Notes under the pieces: model-generated
Databases searched by the model: none
What the model was told of the DNA's origin: nothing
What the model saw: only the letters and a program-made list of their open reading frames with translations
Translations under genes and position numbers: made by a program
Part shown: one piece after another, positions 10,450 through 19,375 of the stretch
Layout of the letters: every line of letters begins with the position of its first letter
Position numbering within the stretch: the first letter of the stretch is position 1
Assembly: GCA_049324275.1 (NCBI GenBank)
Contig: JBMOLG010000004.1
Span: 29,279-93,278 of the forward strand
DNA: 64,000 nucleotides
Source of the DNA: Nanobdellota archaeon
Lineage (GTDB): Archaea; Nanobdellota; Nanobdellia; Pacearchaeales; GW2011-AR1
Reading direction: 5' to 3'

Positions 10450-12056
10450 TAATTGTTTTCATATATTATTAAAACTGGCTGATTATTTTGTTGGTAACCC
10501 ATTACAGGCATCCAAGTATTATTACTTTTTTCTATATAATCATTAATCCAGTCAGGATGCTGTTCAAAAATTGATACAGTCATATAACGTGGATGTTGAG
10601 TTTTTACAAATTCTTCAAATTCAGTCCTATTTTTTCTGGTCACGTCCCTTCTAATTGCAAGATTAAATGGATATGTTGTTCTTTCTGAATAATATTCAGT
10701 CTGTGGCCTAGATGCTGAAATTATAATATCTTCAGGATTAGAATGCACTTTAATCCATTCTCCAGCTAATTTTACCTCAAGATATGATGTTTTCTTTATT
10801 TCAATTAAATTATTAGCCCAAATCATGTTTGGCATCATCAATGCGACCAGCAAAATTATTATTCCAAATGATATTGTTTTATTCTGCAATGTGGTTTTAT
10901 TCTTCAATATATCGAATAGGCTGTTTATTGGATAAACGGCAATTAAAAATAAAAATGGCAAAGTTTGCATTGCGTATCTTTGTTCAAGGTGCGGGGCAAT
11001 ATAACCTAATAATAAAAAAGTGATTACGATCCAAGACAAAACGAAAAATCTCTTTTGGATATCCGGATTTTTAAAAATTTTATCAAAACCTAAAAATAAA
11101 TCAGAAAACAAAAGTACAAATCCTATTAAAAATAATATATACATTGGACTTATTACAAATAATGAACTATACCCTTTTTGAACCCCATCTAAAATATAAG
11201 GGAGATTAAAGAAGTAAACAAATAAATCCGAGAATTTTAAGGCCAGCCCACCTACTTCTCCTGTTTTTGAGATTCCTTTTACGCCAAGGTAATAATTTGC
11301 TAAATCTAAAAAAGGATTTCCAAAATGATTCGCATGCATAATAAATTGAGGTATAAAAATTATAGCAACAATTAATACAGCTGTCCACAAATGCTTATTT
11401 GTGAAAACTTTATGCTTATCCTTAATAATCATGAATAAAAACAATGGTATAGCAAACATTAAATATTGCATTCTAGTCAAAGCCGCTAATGCAGCAAAAA
11501 TTCCAAAAAGATAATAGTTTACTTTAGATTCATTTAATACAAAACCGTTCCAAAAAAAGTATAAGCCCCCTAACAGGAAAAATGTCGAAGGCAATTCAGT
11601 CATGGGCCTTCCTGAAAAGAATAAAACTACCCACGAAAAAGCTACGCAAAAACTTGTAAGAAGAGCCAATCTTTTGTTGAACATTTTAGAGATAAGGAGA
11701 TATGTGAATGCTACAACTCCCGTGGAAATTAAAACAACAGAAAATCTAAGTCCTATTTCACCCAGGCCAGTCAAATAAAATAATGATGCAAAAAAAGGCC
11801 AAAAAAAACCTCTTCTATAATACCATGTATCTAAAAAATTAGGATTAATGCCCGCCCAATTTTTTGCAGCAGATAAATAATCTGCAGTATCCCACCATAT
11901 TGGCTGATTAGAAGTCTTTAAAAAAATCAGGATTCTGATAATTAAAGCAAGAATTATAAGAGCCAAAAATAATTTGTTATAGGGATCTTTAAGCCAATTT
12001 GAAATTTTATTTTTCAATTTGTCTTTTCGATTTTTAATGGTATCCTCTTCTGCCAT
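10428..12056 (-). CDS. GT-C fold membrane glycosyltransferase (ArnT/PMT, GT39/GT83-like)
   Basis: 542 aa with more than 10 hydrophobic helices. First-loop acidic motif IWWDTADYL. Large soluble C-terminal domain. Confidence 0.55.
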   Translation of the reverse strand: MAEEDTIKNRKDKLKNKISNWLKDPYNKLFLALIILALIIRILIFLKTSNQPIWWDTADYLSAAKNWAGINPNFLDTWYYRRGFFWPFFASLFYLTGLGEIGLRFSVVLISTGVVAFTYLLISKMFNKRLALLTSFCVAFSWVVLFFSGRPMTELPSTFFLLGGLYFFWNGFVLNESKVNYYLFGIFAALAALTRMQYLMFAIPLFLFMIIKDKHKVFTNKHLWTAVLIVAIIFIPQFIMHANHFGNPFLDLANYYLGVKGISKTGEVGGLALKFSDLFVYFFNLPYILDGVQKGYSSLFVISPMYILFLIGFVLLFSDLFLGFDKIFKNPDIQKRFFVLSWIVITFLLLGYIAPHLEQRYAMQTLPFLFLIAVYPINSLFDILKNKTTLQNKTISFGIIILLVALMMPNMIWANNLIEIKKTSYLEVKLAGEWIKVHSNPEDIIISASRPQTEYYSERTTYPFNLAIRRDVTRKNRTEFEEFVKTQHPRYMTVSIFEQHPDWINDYIEKSNNTWMPVMGYQQNNQPVLIIYENNYYKTSLN

Positions 12057-12081
12057 TATGATTTGTTATTCGACTATGTTT

Positions 12082-13080
12082 TTAACCTTTGTTATTTTTA
12101 ATTTCAATAGCGTTTAAAACTTCATCAGCAGAAATGCTTTTAACCAAATCTTCTGAATATTGATCCATTTTTTCCGGAAAAAAATCATTTAAACGTGGAG
12201 AAACAATTTTCTTAAGTAGATTATAGTCCTCAATTTCATTAGGAGATGTACAGAAAAATAGTCCTATTGTTGGCTTTTTTAATCCCAATGCTAAATGAAG
12301 AGAAAAACTATCCGGGCAAATAATCTTTTCACAAATGCTGATTAAAGAGGCAAATTCCAAATCAGAATTATTTGGCTCATTATGGTAAAATGTTATTTTT
12401 CTCTTGTCTAACTCTTTTTTTAGCGCGAAAAATTTCTCTGTTTCATCTGGGCCGGATAAAATTAAAATTTCGTATTTTTCTTCCTTAGCTTTAATGATAA
12501 AGTCTAAAATATTTTTATTATGCCATGCCTTTGAAGGCCAGCGTTTTGAAGCACCAATATGGATTCCGATTAATTTTTGTCCAAAAAGATTATTATTTTT
12601 TTGAAAATCTTTTGCATATTTTTTTGCATGTTCTGTTAAATAGATTGGATGATGCTGTTTTTTGTAATCAAGTTCGGCAATTTCAAATATCATTTGTTGA
12701 TATGTTTTTTTATTCAATTTTTTGAGTTCATCATCAAATAATGTATTCAAATAATACTCTGAGGGAAGATTGTAAGATAAAACATAGTTATCTGAAGAAT
12801 AAAATCCATATTTCTTTTTTGCTTTGACTTCTTCAGCCAAATTCGTTGCTTCTTTTTCTATATCGAAGTTATAAACTGCGTCAAATTCTCCAAGTTTGAA
12901 ATTTAAAGGCACGACCATAACATCATTAATGTAGGGGCTTGATTTAACAATCTCTTCAGACGATTTTTTTGTAATCCAAGTTATCTCCGAATGAGGAAAT
13001 TTTTCTTTTAAGGCAATTAGCACAGGCAAGGTTCTGACTACGTCTCCCTTTGCGCCTAATTTGATTATTAAGATTTTCAT
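12082..13080 (-). CDS. Glycosyltransferase family 9 (heptosyltransferase-like)
   Basis: MKILIIKLGAKGDVVRTLPVLIALKEKFP..ITWIT, IGIHIGASKRWPSKAW and CPDSFSLHLALGLKKPTIGLF follow the RfaF/RfaC-type GT9 pattern. Confidence 0.75.
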   Translation of the reverse strand: MKILIIKLGAKGDVVRTLPVLIALKEKFPHSEITWITKKSSEEIVKSSPYINDVMVVPLNFKLGEFDAVYNFDIEKEATNLAEEVKAKKKYGFYSSDNYVLSYNLPSEYYLNTLFDDELKKLNKKTYQQMIFEIAELDYKKQHHPIYLTEHAKKYAKDFQKNNNLFGQKLIGIHIGASKRWPSKAWHNKNILDFIIKAKEEKYEILILSGPDETEKFFALKKELDKRKITFYHNEPNNSDLEFASLISICEKIICPDSFSLHLALGLKKPTIGLFFCTSPNEIEDYNLLKKIVSPRLNDFFPEKMDQYSEDLVKSISADEVLNAIEIKNNKG

Positions 13081-13116
13081 AGTTAAATTTAAAATTTATT
13101 GATCTATTTAAAAATT

Positions 13117-13533
13117 ATGAAAGCTTACATAGCAGGAAAACTCTGTTCTCAGGAAGAAAGGAAATTTTTGGAAGAGATTGCAAAATTATGTGAAGAGCTT
13201 GGGCTTGAAACATTTTTGCCACATAGAGATGTAGGTTTAGCAAAAAATATTAAAGATGTTAAAAAAATATTCAGAGGAGATATTGAAGAAGGATTCAAGG
13301 ACTGCCATTTAATTATAGCAGATTTAAATGGCCTTCATGTGGGAGCAGGAACTGCATGGGAATTGGGATATGCTTATGCTAAAAAAATTCCTGCAATAGG
13401 CATAAAAACTGATGAGCCTATTGAAGATGCGTTAGATTATTTGAGTGCGATTTTAATTCATTCAATGGAAATTGTAGATTCTATTGAAAAATTAAAAGCT
13501 AGAATTAAAGAGAAGTTTAATCTAAAGGTCTAG
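13117..13533 (+). CDS. Nucleoside 2-deoxyribosyltransferase-like protein
   Basis: MKAYIAGKL... and DLNGLHVGAGTAWELGYAYAKKIP fit the family signature. ATG at 13117 is preferred over the TTG at 13099. Confidence 0.6.
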   Translation: MKAYIAGKLCSQEERKFLEEIAKLCEELGLETFLPHRDVGLAKNIKDVKKIFRGDIEEGFKDCHLIIADLNGLHVGAGTAWELGYAYAKKIPAIGIKTDEPIEDALDYLSAILIHSMEIVDSIEKLKARIKEKFNLKV

Positions 13534-14437
13534 TTGATTTTATCTCAACATTTCTCCATCCATCTGAATAAGATTTTCTCTTTTTAATATCTTTGAATGC
13601 AACATAATAAAGATAAAGGCGGGCAAAATACAATTGTATTGTCCAAAATAATTCTTGCAAATTTTCAGGATAGATAAACAAGAAATACCAGCCATATTTT
13701 ATTTCATTAAAGAAAGATTTTGTTCTTGGCATATCCGGTGCGATTTTGTTGAGATTTTCATGACCTTTAATATTTCTAGATTTTTGATTCAACCAATCTT
13801 TCCAATTATCCGGATTTTTAACATAAACCTTGGCTTTTTGAATATAAGCTATTTCAAATCCCTTTTTCCAAAATAAATAAGGAATTATGCTGTCTTCAGA
13901 TGTTTCAAGAGGAAAATCAAAAATTATGCCTTTCCTTATGGCAAATAAATAACCGGAACATTCAAAAAATTTTTTTTCTCTTGAAAGTTTTTCCCGCGTC
14001 TTGTCTATTCCTGAAAAAGCAAAATGCGCCCAATAACCATACTTTGAATTTTTTGTATCTAATGGAATCGGCTTTCCAGTAACACACCCTACTTTTTTGT
14101 TTTCAAATGCATTTATTATTTCTGAAAATGCATTATCAGAAACATAAACATCTCCATCAGTCATGATAAATAAATCGTCTCTACTATTGGAGCCAAGCTC
14201 CTGAAATAAGAGATTTAAAGCATAACTTTTACCCTCACCAGGATCAAGAAAAAAATTGAACCGTTTATCCTTTACATTTTTTTTAAAAAATTTTTCAACT
14301 TCAGGAAAAGGGTCTACGACAGTTACTCTAAAATCTTTTTTTACTTTCGAATTCAAAAAAACATTGACAGCCCTTAAAGTTGATTTCGGCTCATTGTAAG
14401 AAGTTATAATTATGTCTATCATATTATTTAACTTCAA
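13517..14437 (-). CDS. Glycosyltransferase family 2
   Basis: IDIIITSYNEPKST, RVTVVDP, GKSYALN and LFIMTDGDVYV. Confidence 0.75.
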   Translation of the reverse strand: MKLNNMIDIIITSYNEPKSTLRAVNVFLNSKVKKDFRVTVVDPFPEVEKFFKKNVKDKRFNFFLDPGEGKSYALNLLFQELGSNSRDDLFIMTDGDVYVSDNAFSEIINAFENKKVGCVTGKPIPLDTKNSKYGYWAHFAFSGIDKTREKLSREKKFFECSGYLFAIRKGIIFDFPLETSEDSIIPYLFWKKGFEIAYIQKAKVYVKNPDNWKDWLNQKSRNIKGHENLNKIAPDMPRTKSFFNEIKYGWYFLFIYPENLQELFWTIQLYFARLYLYYVAFKDIKKRKSYSDGWRNVEIKSTRPLD

Positions 14438-14615
14438 AAGGATAATCTTCTGGACGGATGATTACTATTTTTTCTTTTTCTTTTGAAGCAACTATTCTGC
14501 ATTTTTTTGTCCCTTGTTTTCCTATATCAGATAATTCAATTTCTTCAATAATTAGCACATCCGTTCCGATTTGAATTTTATCGCCTTTCTTTAATTCCCT
14601 CGCCTTTTTCTTCAT
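14424..14615 (-). CDS. Small beta-barrel protein resembling the N-terminal domain of aIF5A
   Basis: LKKGDKIQIGTDVLIIEEIELSDIGKQGTKKCRIV lines up with the aIF5A pattern LK.G..v.idG.p..Iv.is.SKPGKHG.AK.Rv. Only 63 aa, so the C-terminal OB domain is absent. Confidence 0.45.
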   Translation of the reverse strand: MKKKARELKKGDKIQIGTDVLIIEEIELSDIGKQGTKKCRIVASKEKEKIVIIRPEDYPFEVK

Positions 14616-14664
14616 AAACTAAAGATATAACTTAAACTTATAAATTTTATGAAATTAAACTTAT

Positions 14665-15348
14665 ATGAAGAATGCTATAGTTTTGTGTTCAGGTGGCATA
14701 GATAGTGTTACAACGGCTTATTACGTTAAGAAAAGATTACACTATAACAAAATTTTGATTATTTTTTTTGATTATGGGCAGAGAACAATAAAACAAGAAA
14801 GAAAAGCAAGCAAGGACTGTGCAAATAATATTAGCGCAGAATTTAATGAAATACAGCTGAGATGGCTTAGTGCTATCTCAAATTCACTCATAAACAAAGA
14901 AGAAAATAAAAAGTTTAATAAAAATTTGAAGGATACAAAAGAGGAATCAATGAGTTATTATGTGCCATGCAGAAACAGCATTTTTTTAACATACGCCCTC
15001 GCTTTTGCAGAATCACATTTTATAAAAAATAAAGAAAAATGTGACATTTTCGTCGGTTTTAAATGTGAAGGGCAAGAGCATTATCCAGATACAACACAAA
15101 AATTTGTAAATCAAATGAATAAGCTCAGCAAAATTTCATGTTCTTATCATTTTTTAGTAAAAGCTCCTTTAATTAAAAAAGACAAAGAGGATATAATCTT
15201 ACTAGGAAAAAAATTACGAGTCAATTTTAAAAAAACTTTTAGCTGTTATGTAAGTCCGAATAAAAAACATTGTGGAAATTGTCTTGCCTGCAGGCTAAGA
15301 AAGGCAGGTTTTTATTGGGCTGACGTTGATGACCCAACTGAATATTAA
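14665..15348 (+). CDS. queC: 7-cyano-7-deazaguanine synthase
   Basis: PP-loop AIVLCSGGIDSVT, FDYGQR, VPCRNSIFL, HYPDTT, and the C-terminal zinc site SCY...CGNCLACRLRKAGF. Confidence 0.8.
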   Translation: MKNAIVLCSGGIDSVTTAYYVKKRLHYNKILIIFFDYGQRTIKQERKASKDCANNISAEFNEIQLRWLSAISNSLINKEENKKFNKNLKDTKEESMSYYVPCRNSIFLTYALAFAESHFIKNKEKCDIFVGFKCEGQEHYPDTTQKFVNQMNKLSKISCSYHFLVKAPLIKKDKEDIILLGKKLRVNFKKTFSCYVSPNKKHCGNCLACRLRKAGFYWADVDDPTEY

Positions 15349-16880
15349 ACTTTATATCTAACCTTATCATACCAAATTTTAAAACTCAGGGGCAAAACCT
15401 GTCTATAAAATGGTTTCATAATTTTTTCTCTTATTGAATCATAAAATCCGACTGCTTCAAGAACAACCATACTAGGAAATTGATTATTCAAATTTCTTCT
15501 TATTACATCCTCTCGGGTCAGATATAAAAGCAATGGCCTTGGCAGCATTCCAAACCTTTTTTCGGTAACGCTTCCACGCATCAGATTCAAGATAAGATTC
15601 AAGTAAATATTTTTTCTTTTTAATAATATATGCGCCTTCCTGTCCCAATAATTCAGATGATAGGCTGAATCTTTTTCAGTTTTAATTGAGCCATCTTCAC
15701 GTGCTCTTTGATAAAGTTTAGAACCCGGAAAAAATACAAGATTATTTACAGACAAGAAATATGGCACAGGTAGTTTCTGCAGTAGTTTTATCAAGCTTAT
15801 AATGTGAATGGGCTTTTCATAAGGGTTGCAAGTTATAACATCATACATAACAGTCAGTTTATTACTGTATTTGTTTAATATTTGGGCAGCACGAATCACA
15901 TCTTCATCTAACTGGTTTCTATGATATATTTCTTTATTTGTCAATTCGCTTCCCTGTATTCCTATAATTATGTCAGTGCATCCAGCGTCGATCAAAAGAT
16001 TTATTTTTTCTTCAGTTATAGTCTTTGGGTCACCTAGACATTTAAATCTCATTTTCACTTTTTCCTTGTATAATTTACAAAACTTTTTTATGTCCTCAAT
16101 AGGACGCAAAGAAAAAGTATCATCTCTAATATCAAAATATCCTAAGGTGGGAAATCTCTTTTTAAGTTCAAGAATGCCATTAATTATATATTCAGGAGAA
16201 TGCCATCTAAGAATAGATCTTCTTTTTCCTTTATATAATTCATTAAATAAACTATTACTGCAGTAATGACAGCCGTAAGGACATCCTCTTCCTGTTAAAA
16301 AGAAGATTTCACCGCCTAAATCTTTTTCCTCAAATCTCCTTATGGCATGATTTTCTAGAATGAAATGATCTTCAATATCATAATCTGGCATTGGCAAACT
16401 GTCTAAATCTTCAACTAAATTCCTAATTTCATTTTTTATTATTCGGTCATTTTTTTTAATCCATAAATTTTTTATTTTTGAATAATCTTTTTTATTTTTG
16501 ATTGCATTAGCTAATTCGACAATTGCTTGTTCGCCTTCCCCAATACATAAAATATCATTGTCATTAATACAGGATTCTGGAGAGATTGTAACATGAACTC
16601 CACCATAAACAATTGGAATGTTTAATTTTTTCAGAAATTTAATTATTCTGTCAGCTCTTTTGGATGTTGAAGCAAATGAATTTATTCCGATTAATTCACT
16701 TTGCTTGCAAAAATTTTCAAGCTGTTTTAATTCTTCGTTTGTATAATTTCTGCTATAATTTTCACTTAAAGTCATAAAAATTATTTTAACATCATAACCT
16801 GCTTTTTTCAGCACAGAAGAAATTGTCCTTATGCCTTGATCAGATGGATAGGTAGATGTGGAGATTAATGTTATTTTCAT
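15345..16880 (-). CDS. B12-binding-domain radical SAM protein, paralog 4
   Basis: YGGVHVTISPES..ILCIGEGEQ, IKNLWIKKNDRIIKN, DLDSLPMPDYD and GRGCPYGCHYC. Confidence 0.8.
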   Translation of the reverse strand: MKITLISTSTYPSDQGIRTISSVLKKAGYDVKIIFMTLSENYSRNYTNEELKQLENFCKQSELIGINSFASTSKRADRIIKFLKKLNIPIVYGGVHVTISPESCINDNDILCIGEGEQAIVELANAIKNKKDYSKIKNLWIKKNDRIIKNEIRNLVEDLDSLPMPDYDIEDHFILENHAIRRFEEKDLGGEIFFLTGRGCPYGCHYCSNSLFNELYKGKRRSILRWHSPEYIINGILELKKRFPTLGYFDIRDDTFSLRPIEDIKKFCKLYKEKVKMRFKCLGDPKTITEEKINLLIDAGCTDIIIGIQGSELTNKEIYHRNQLDEDVIRAAQILNKYSNKLTVMYDVITCNPYEKPIHIISLIKLLQKLPVPYFLSVNNLVFFPGSKLYQRAREDGSIKTEKDSAYHLNYWDRKAHILLKRKNIYLNLILNLMRGSVTEKRFGMLPRPLLLYLTREDVIRRNLNNQFPSMVVLEAVGFYDSIREKIMKPFYRQVLPLSFKIWYDKVRYKV

Positions 16881-16904
16881 AATTCAAGGATAATAATTTA
16901 GTTT

Positions 16905-18035
16905 TTAATGCTTTTTATTAGAAACATCGTAAGCAGGGCAATGAATGCATTCCGGAGGGCATTTATTCTGGCGTATCATCTTTCTCATTTTAACATATCT
17001 TGGAGAATACCAAATCTCACGAAAAGGCTTTTGCAATGCATTTCCAATTGAAGTCCTGTGCTGCCAATCACGAACATTTGCTTCATTTTGGCCGCAACAT
17101 GGAGTCACATCGCCATCAACGAAAATAAATGGCATTATCAGTTCCTTGCAGTTATTAATGCTTGGTTTTTTCTTTAGGCTTTCTGCTTCTTTTTTTGCAC
17201 ACATATTGATTGTGATTGGTATTTTGTATTTTTTTGCTCTTGCTTTTATTTTTTTGACATATTCAGGATCAATTGAAACTGAAAATTTTTCTGCTTCTTT
17301 AAATGTATGAAGCATAGGCGTAACCAATATTTCTCCGACTTCGGTATTCAATGAATGGACAAAATCAATAAATTTAGGAATTTCATCTTTTGATTCGCTT
17401 GTTACAATATAATGAAAACTTAAAATAGGGAATCTTTTTTTCATTTGCTTTTTTAATTTTACAAATGTTCGAATATTTTTTTCAATTAAGTCATAATTGC
17501 TTCCAACACATACTTTTTCAAAAGATTTTTTAGATGCTCCGTATGTGGAGATGAACTGGAAATCGGGGCCGATTTCAATAAGTTCTCTTATCTGCTCATC
17601 ATTCTTGAAATGTGCAAAATGGTCAAAAACTTCGATAATTGTTCCTTTAGATTTGGCATAAGCCATCATTTTGTGATAATCTTTATTTGCATAAGAAGAT
17701 CCTATCCCTGTTAATCCTAGCCATTTAAGCCTTCCGAAATCATCAAAAATTTTTTTGAACTGTTCAAAAGTCATGAATTTAGATGGCTCTTTCCAATAAG
17801 TATGTTCACAACAAACACATCTGAAAGGACAAATAGTTGAAGGCTCAATTTCAAGAAATGGAGGGAATAAATCTATTCCAAATGTTGGAAGAAACTTGTT
17901 CAATATGAATGCAGCAGTTTTCCGATTCCACCATAATGGATAAACCCAAAACATGTTATATAATTCAACAAACCTTCCAGAATAAACATAATTTGAAACT
18001 AACTTAATCTTATGACTTAATGGCATAGTTGGCAT
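16905..18035 (-). CDS. Radical SAM protein with C-terminal SPASM/twitch-like Cys-rich domain
   Basis: EIEPSTICPFRCVCCEH (Cx3Cx2C). C-terminus: CKELIMPFIFVDGDVTPCCG...IGN...REIW...CPPECIHCP. Confidence 0.7.
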   Translation of the reverse strand: MPTMPLSHKIKLVSNYVYSGRFVELYNMFWVYPLWWNRKTAAFILNKFLPTFGIDLFPPFLEIEPSTICPFRCVCCEHTYWKEPSKFMTFEQFKKIFDDFGRLKWLGLTGIGSSYANKDYHKMMAYAKSKGTIIEVFDHFAHFKNDEQIRELIEIGPDFQFISTYGASKKSFEKVCVGSNYDLIEKNIRTFVKLKKQMKKRFPILSFHYIVTSESKDEIPKFIDFVHSLNTEVGEILVTPMLHTFKEAEKFSVSIDPEYVKKIKARAKKYKIPITINMCAKKEAESLKKKPSINNCKELIMPFIFVDGDVTPCCGQNEANVRDWQHRTSIGNALQKPFREIWYSPRYVKMRKMIRQNKCPPECIHCPAYDVSNKKH

Positions 18036-18117
18036 ATTAAGCTAAAAATAGGGAGGTTTATAAAGATAATTGCGATTTTCTATAAAAATTTTTAAAGTTC
18101 GAATTTAATCTAAAACT

Positions 18118-19374
18118 ATGTGGCTTTTAATTTTGTTAATAATAGTCGGCTCAATTTATTTTTTATCAATGCAGGGGATAACATGTTGCAATTCAGGGAG
18201 CACTTATGCACTTGTCAAATCTTTGGTGGAAGATAGAAAGCTTGAAATAAATAAATACATTAAGCTAACAAAATTTTTAGATTATGCTAATGTCAACAAA
18301 AAGTATTATACAGACCGTCCGCCGGGGCTTGCATTTACAGCAACTCCTTTTTATGCAATTGGCTTAAATGTAACATTAGTCTGTGTAATTGCAGGAACTT
18401 TATCCAGTGCATTAGTGTATTTGATTTCAATGCATTTAGTAAAAAATCCTTTAATCTCTTTTGCTACAGCTTTAATTTTTGCATTTTGCACTTTGAACTG
18501 GAGATACAGTACGATTTTTATAATGCATCCATTATCTACATTTTTGATCCTTATATCAGTATACTTTTTTTTACTGGGCTATCCAATCTTTTTAATAGGA
18601 TTAATTCTCGGGCTTTCAACTTTCTTTGAGTATACTGATTTTGTTTATTTTTTTGGAATAGGTTTAACAGAACTGATTACTGGGAATTTTTCAAAAATTC
18701 TCCCATTATCTATAGGATTTTTTATAGGGGTAATACCAATACTAGCATATAATAAAAGATGTTTTGGTTCGCCGTTAACTACTTCTTACAAGTATAGTGC
18801 TCATTTCAAATGGTCAAATTCATTCAAGACGACATTTATAACCCCAATATCTGAAGGAATAAAGGGCCTCTTATTTTACATTAAAAATAAAAATGGAATA
18901 AAAATTCCAGGAGGAATTTTGTTAGTGAGCCCGGTTTTAATATTCGGAATAATTGGATTTTTGTATATGCCTTTTGAGCTATTGATATTATTTTTAAGCA
19001 TTACTCTGCCTTTATTTTTGCTGATCTCAAAACATAAAACTTATTGGGCAGGAGGAGCAGGGGATTATAGATACCTGTCATCAATGATACCTTATATCAC
19101 AATTCCAATTTCCTTAACATTAAATAACTTAACATTTTTATGGCCAATAGTTCTGATACTTGCTTTAATTTCTCTGGCAATGGTTATTTTAAAAATGGTT
19201 ATTTTAACAATCTCTATAAATGATTTAAATAAAATAGAACCTGATTTGATAAAAAAGATAAAATCAGGAAATTTTAGTTTTTTAAATTTAAATGCAATGG
19301 GAAAATTTATAGCCGTAATATTTGATACATTATTCATCAGAAAAAAAAGACTTGAAAAAACTATGGGCAATTAA
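18118..19374 (+). CDS. GT-C-like polytopic membrane glycosyltransferase (PMT_2/ArnT-like)
   Basis: 418 aa, almost entirely transmembrane. YYTDRPPGLAF resembles the conserved first-loop motif of the ArnT/PMT_2 family. Confidence 0.5.
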   Translation: MWLLILLIIVGSIYFLSMQGITCCNSGSTYALVKSLVEDRKLEINKYIKLTKFLDYANVNKKYYTDRPPGLAFTATPFYAIGLNVTLVCVIAGTLSSALVYLISMHLVKNPLISFATALIFAFCTLNWRYSTIFIMHPLSTFLILISVYFFLLGYPIFLIGLILGLSTFFEYTDFVYFFGIGLTELITGNFSKILPLSIGFFIGVIPILAYNKRCFGSPLTTSYKYSAHFKWSNSFKTTFITPISEGIKGLLFYIKNKNGIKIPGGILLVSPVLIFGIIGFLYMPFELLILFLSITLPLFLLISKHKTYWAGGAGDYRYLSSMIPYITIPISLTLNNLTFLWPIVLILALISLAMVILKMVILTISINDLNKIEPDLIKKIKSGNFSFLNLNAMGKFIAVIFDTLFIRKKRLEKTMGN

Positions 19375-19375
19375 C

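Noticed and set aside
15345-16880. The radical SAM next to queC as QueE.
   Set aside because: It is a 511-aa B12-domain protein with a Cx3Cx2C motif and is paralogous to the four others. QueE is much smaller and has a different cluster-binding layout.
19322-19375. N-terminal extension of radical SAM paralog 5, as listed in the ORF track.
   Set aside because: The extension overlaps the 3' end of the upstream GT-C gene in another frame. An ATG at 19376 directly after that gene's stop gives an N-terminus (MEKKILFLK) equivalent to the other paralogs.
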